In this document: positions 62,706-64,000 of the stretch, piece by piece
Numbering within the stretch: position 1 is the stretch's first letter
Layout of the letters: each line of letters opens with the position of its first letter
NCBI GenBank assembly: GCA_965243525.1
Contig: OZ251568.1
Span: 1,703,664-1,767,663 of the forward strand
Source of the DNA: Spirochaetia bacterium
GTDB taxonomy: Bacteria; Spirochaetota; Spirochaetia; WTKD01
Reading direction: 5' to 3'
DNA length: 64,000 nt
Made by a program: the position numbers and the translations under genes
Notes under the pieces: model-generated
What the model was told of the DNA's origin: nothing
Database searches by the model: none
The model's input: the letters and a program-made list of their open reading frames with translations, nothing else

Positions 62706-64000
62706 TGGATATTCGACTGCGCTATGCGCCATCTCCAACAGGACTCCAACATTTGGGAGGAATTCGGACAGCATTGTTTTGCTATTTGACCGCGAAAACG
62801 CAGGGTGGGCGCTTCATCTTGCGTATTGAAGACACTGACAGATCTCGATACCATCCCGATGCATTGCAAGATTTGTACGCTACGCTATCATGGCTTGGCA
62901 TTTCGTGGGATGAGGGCCCCAATCGAGAAGGAGATTATGGACCATATCTGCAATCAAGCAGGATTGAACTATACCATGAATATATTGAGAAACTCATTCA
63001 GAAGAACATTGCATATCGCAGTGAAGAAGAACGTTCTGTCGATGGCAAAGCTGAAATCTCCACCGTTGTTCGACTGAGGCTACCTGAAACAGGTTCGATC
63101 AAGGTGAGAGATAATCTGCTTGGTGATTTGGAGTTTCAATTTGATGCTATTCCGAGGGACCCTGTCTTATTGAAATCAGATGGCTTTCCTACCTACCATT
63201 TTGCAAGTGTTGTGGATGATTATCTTATGAAGATTACCCATGTGTTGCGTTCGCAAGAATGGGTGTCATCGCTGCCTATTCATTGGTATTTGTATGAATC
63301 ATTACAATGGAAGAAGCCTGCGTTTTATCATCTTCCTCTGATTATTGGTAATGATGGAAAAAAGCTCTCCAAGCGGCATGGTGCAACCTCGGTGCTCACC
63401 TATCGCGATGCGGGCGTGCTGCCACAAGCGATGTGGAATTTTTTGGTGTTATTGGGATGGTCATATGATGACAAAGAGCATTTTTTTTCTCAACAAGATC
63501 TGTTGAAACTGTTTTCAGTGCAGGGAATAAACAAATCACAAGCGATGTTTGATCAACAACGGCTCTATTCTTTGAATGCTGAACATATCCGCGCTTTATC
63601 GAGGGAGGAGTTTTTTGCATATTGTCAGCAGGCATTACAATCTGAATCAGATGGCACAATCCAAATGGAGTCTCATCGATTCTGGTCTCTTGCATCCTTG
63701 TTGCAAGAACGCTGTTCTTGTTTTGCAGATATTCGTGAGCATTGGTACTATGTTGGCTATGCAATAAAAAACGATGACGGAAAACGGTTTGCCCACCTCT
63801 CTTCCTGTGATGAGGGCTGCAGACGTATTCTTGATGCAATGATACCTATCTTGAACAAATTGTCTGATAAAAAAACAAAAAAGGCTATTCCATTTTCCCA
63901 AGATAACGACATAGAATTAAACCATCAGCAAGAAAGTGAACACATTGTAAATACGATGAAAGACGCAGCGACAAAGCTTGGCGTTACAAACAAGGTATTT
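62705..64000 (+). CDS. gltX: glutamate--tRNA ligase (partial, runs off the window)
   Basis: Manual translation from the TAATG overlap: RYAPSPTGLQHLGG, LRIEDTD, WDEGP, KSDGFPTYHFASVVDD, ITHVLR, KKLSKRHG; open to 64000; absent from the ORF track. Confidence 0.96.
   Translation, partial: MDIRLRYAPSPTGLQHLGGIRTALFCYLTAKTQGGRFILRIEDTDRSRYHPDALQDLYATLSWLGISWDEGPNREGDYGPYLQSSRIELYHEYIEKLIQKNIAYRSEEERSVDGKAEISTVVRLRLPETGSIKVRDNLLGDLEFQFDAIPRDPVLLKSDGFPTYHFASVVDDYLMKITHVLRSQEWVSSLPIHWYLYESLQWKKPAFYHLPLIIGNDGKKLSKRHGATSVLTYRDAGVLPQAMWNFLVLLGWSYDDKEHFFSQQDLLKLFSVQGINKSQAMFDQQRLYSLNAEHIRALSREEFFAYCQQALQSESDGTIQMESHRFWSLASLLQERCSCFADIREHWYYVGYAIKNDDGKRFAHLSSCDEGCRRILDAMIPILNKLSDKKTKKAIPFSQDNDIELNHQQESEHIVNTMKDAATKLGVTNKVF

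Noticed and set aside
62805-63901. Short track ORFs at the right end
   Set aside because: Alternate-frame shadows of gltX, which is open from 62705 to the window end

Overview
Spirochaete chromosome segment of about 41-42% GC (estimated by eye), with a divergent, long-branch look. 43-28447 is one large + strand flagellar superoperon: flgBC-fliEFGHIJ-flbB-fliK-flgDE-flbD-motAB-fliLMY-fliO-fliPQR-flhBA-flhFG-flgV-fliA-fapA, two hypotheticals and rmuC. A peptide/nickel ABC operon (-) and a divergent DUF534-type ABC operon (+) follow. Next is a solitary 23S rRNA gene with its own promoter and long pairing flanks, with no 16S, 5S or tRNA beside it. Then come a glycosyltransferase, an operon with three radical-SAM enzymes and a reductase, the conserved spirochaete rpsT-HU-bactofilin-rho-rpmE and lnt/surE/TPR/NHL blocks, clpS-clpA-aat, a degenerate HD-GYP protein, a small accessory islet (frameshifted secreted protein plus BRCT protein), a frameshifted AlaA-type aminotransferase and a gltX that runs off the end. 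I saw no CRISPR array, IS element or prophage, and no clear-cut novel system. Best signals: the unlinked 23S carrying A2059U and G2032A at antibiotic-binding sites, a serine-type lysinoalanine motif in FlgE (K165/S178), a Prp-like cleavage motif in FlhB, the radical-SAM/reductase operon and a GluRS lacking the zinc insertion. All family calls come from motif recognition and remembered synteny, not from database searches.
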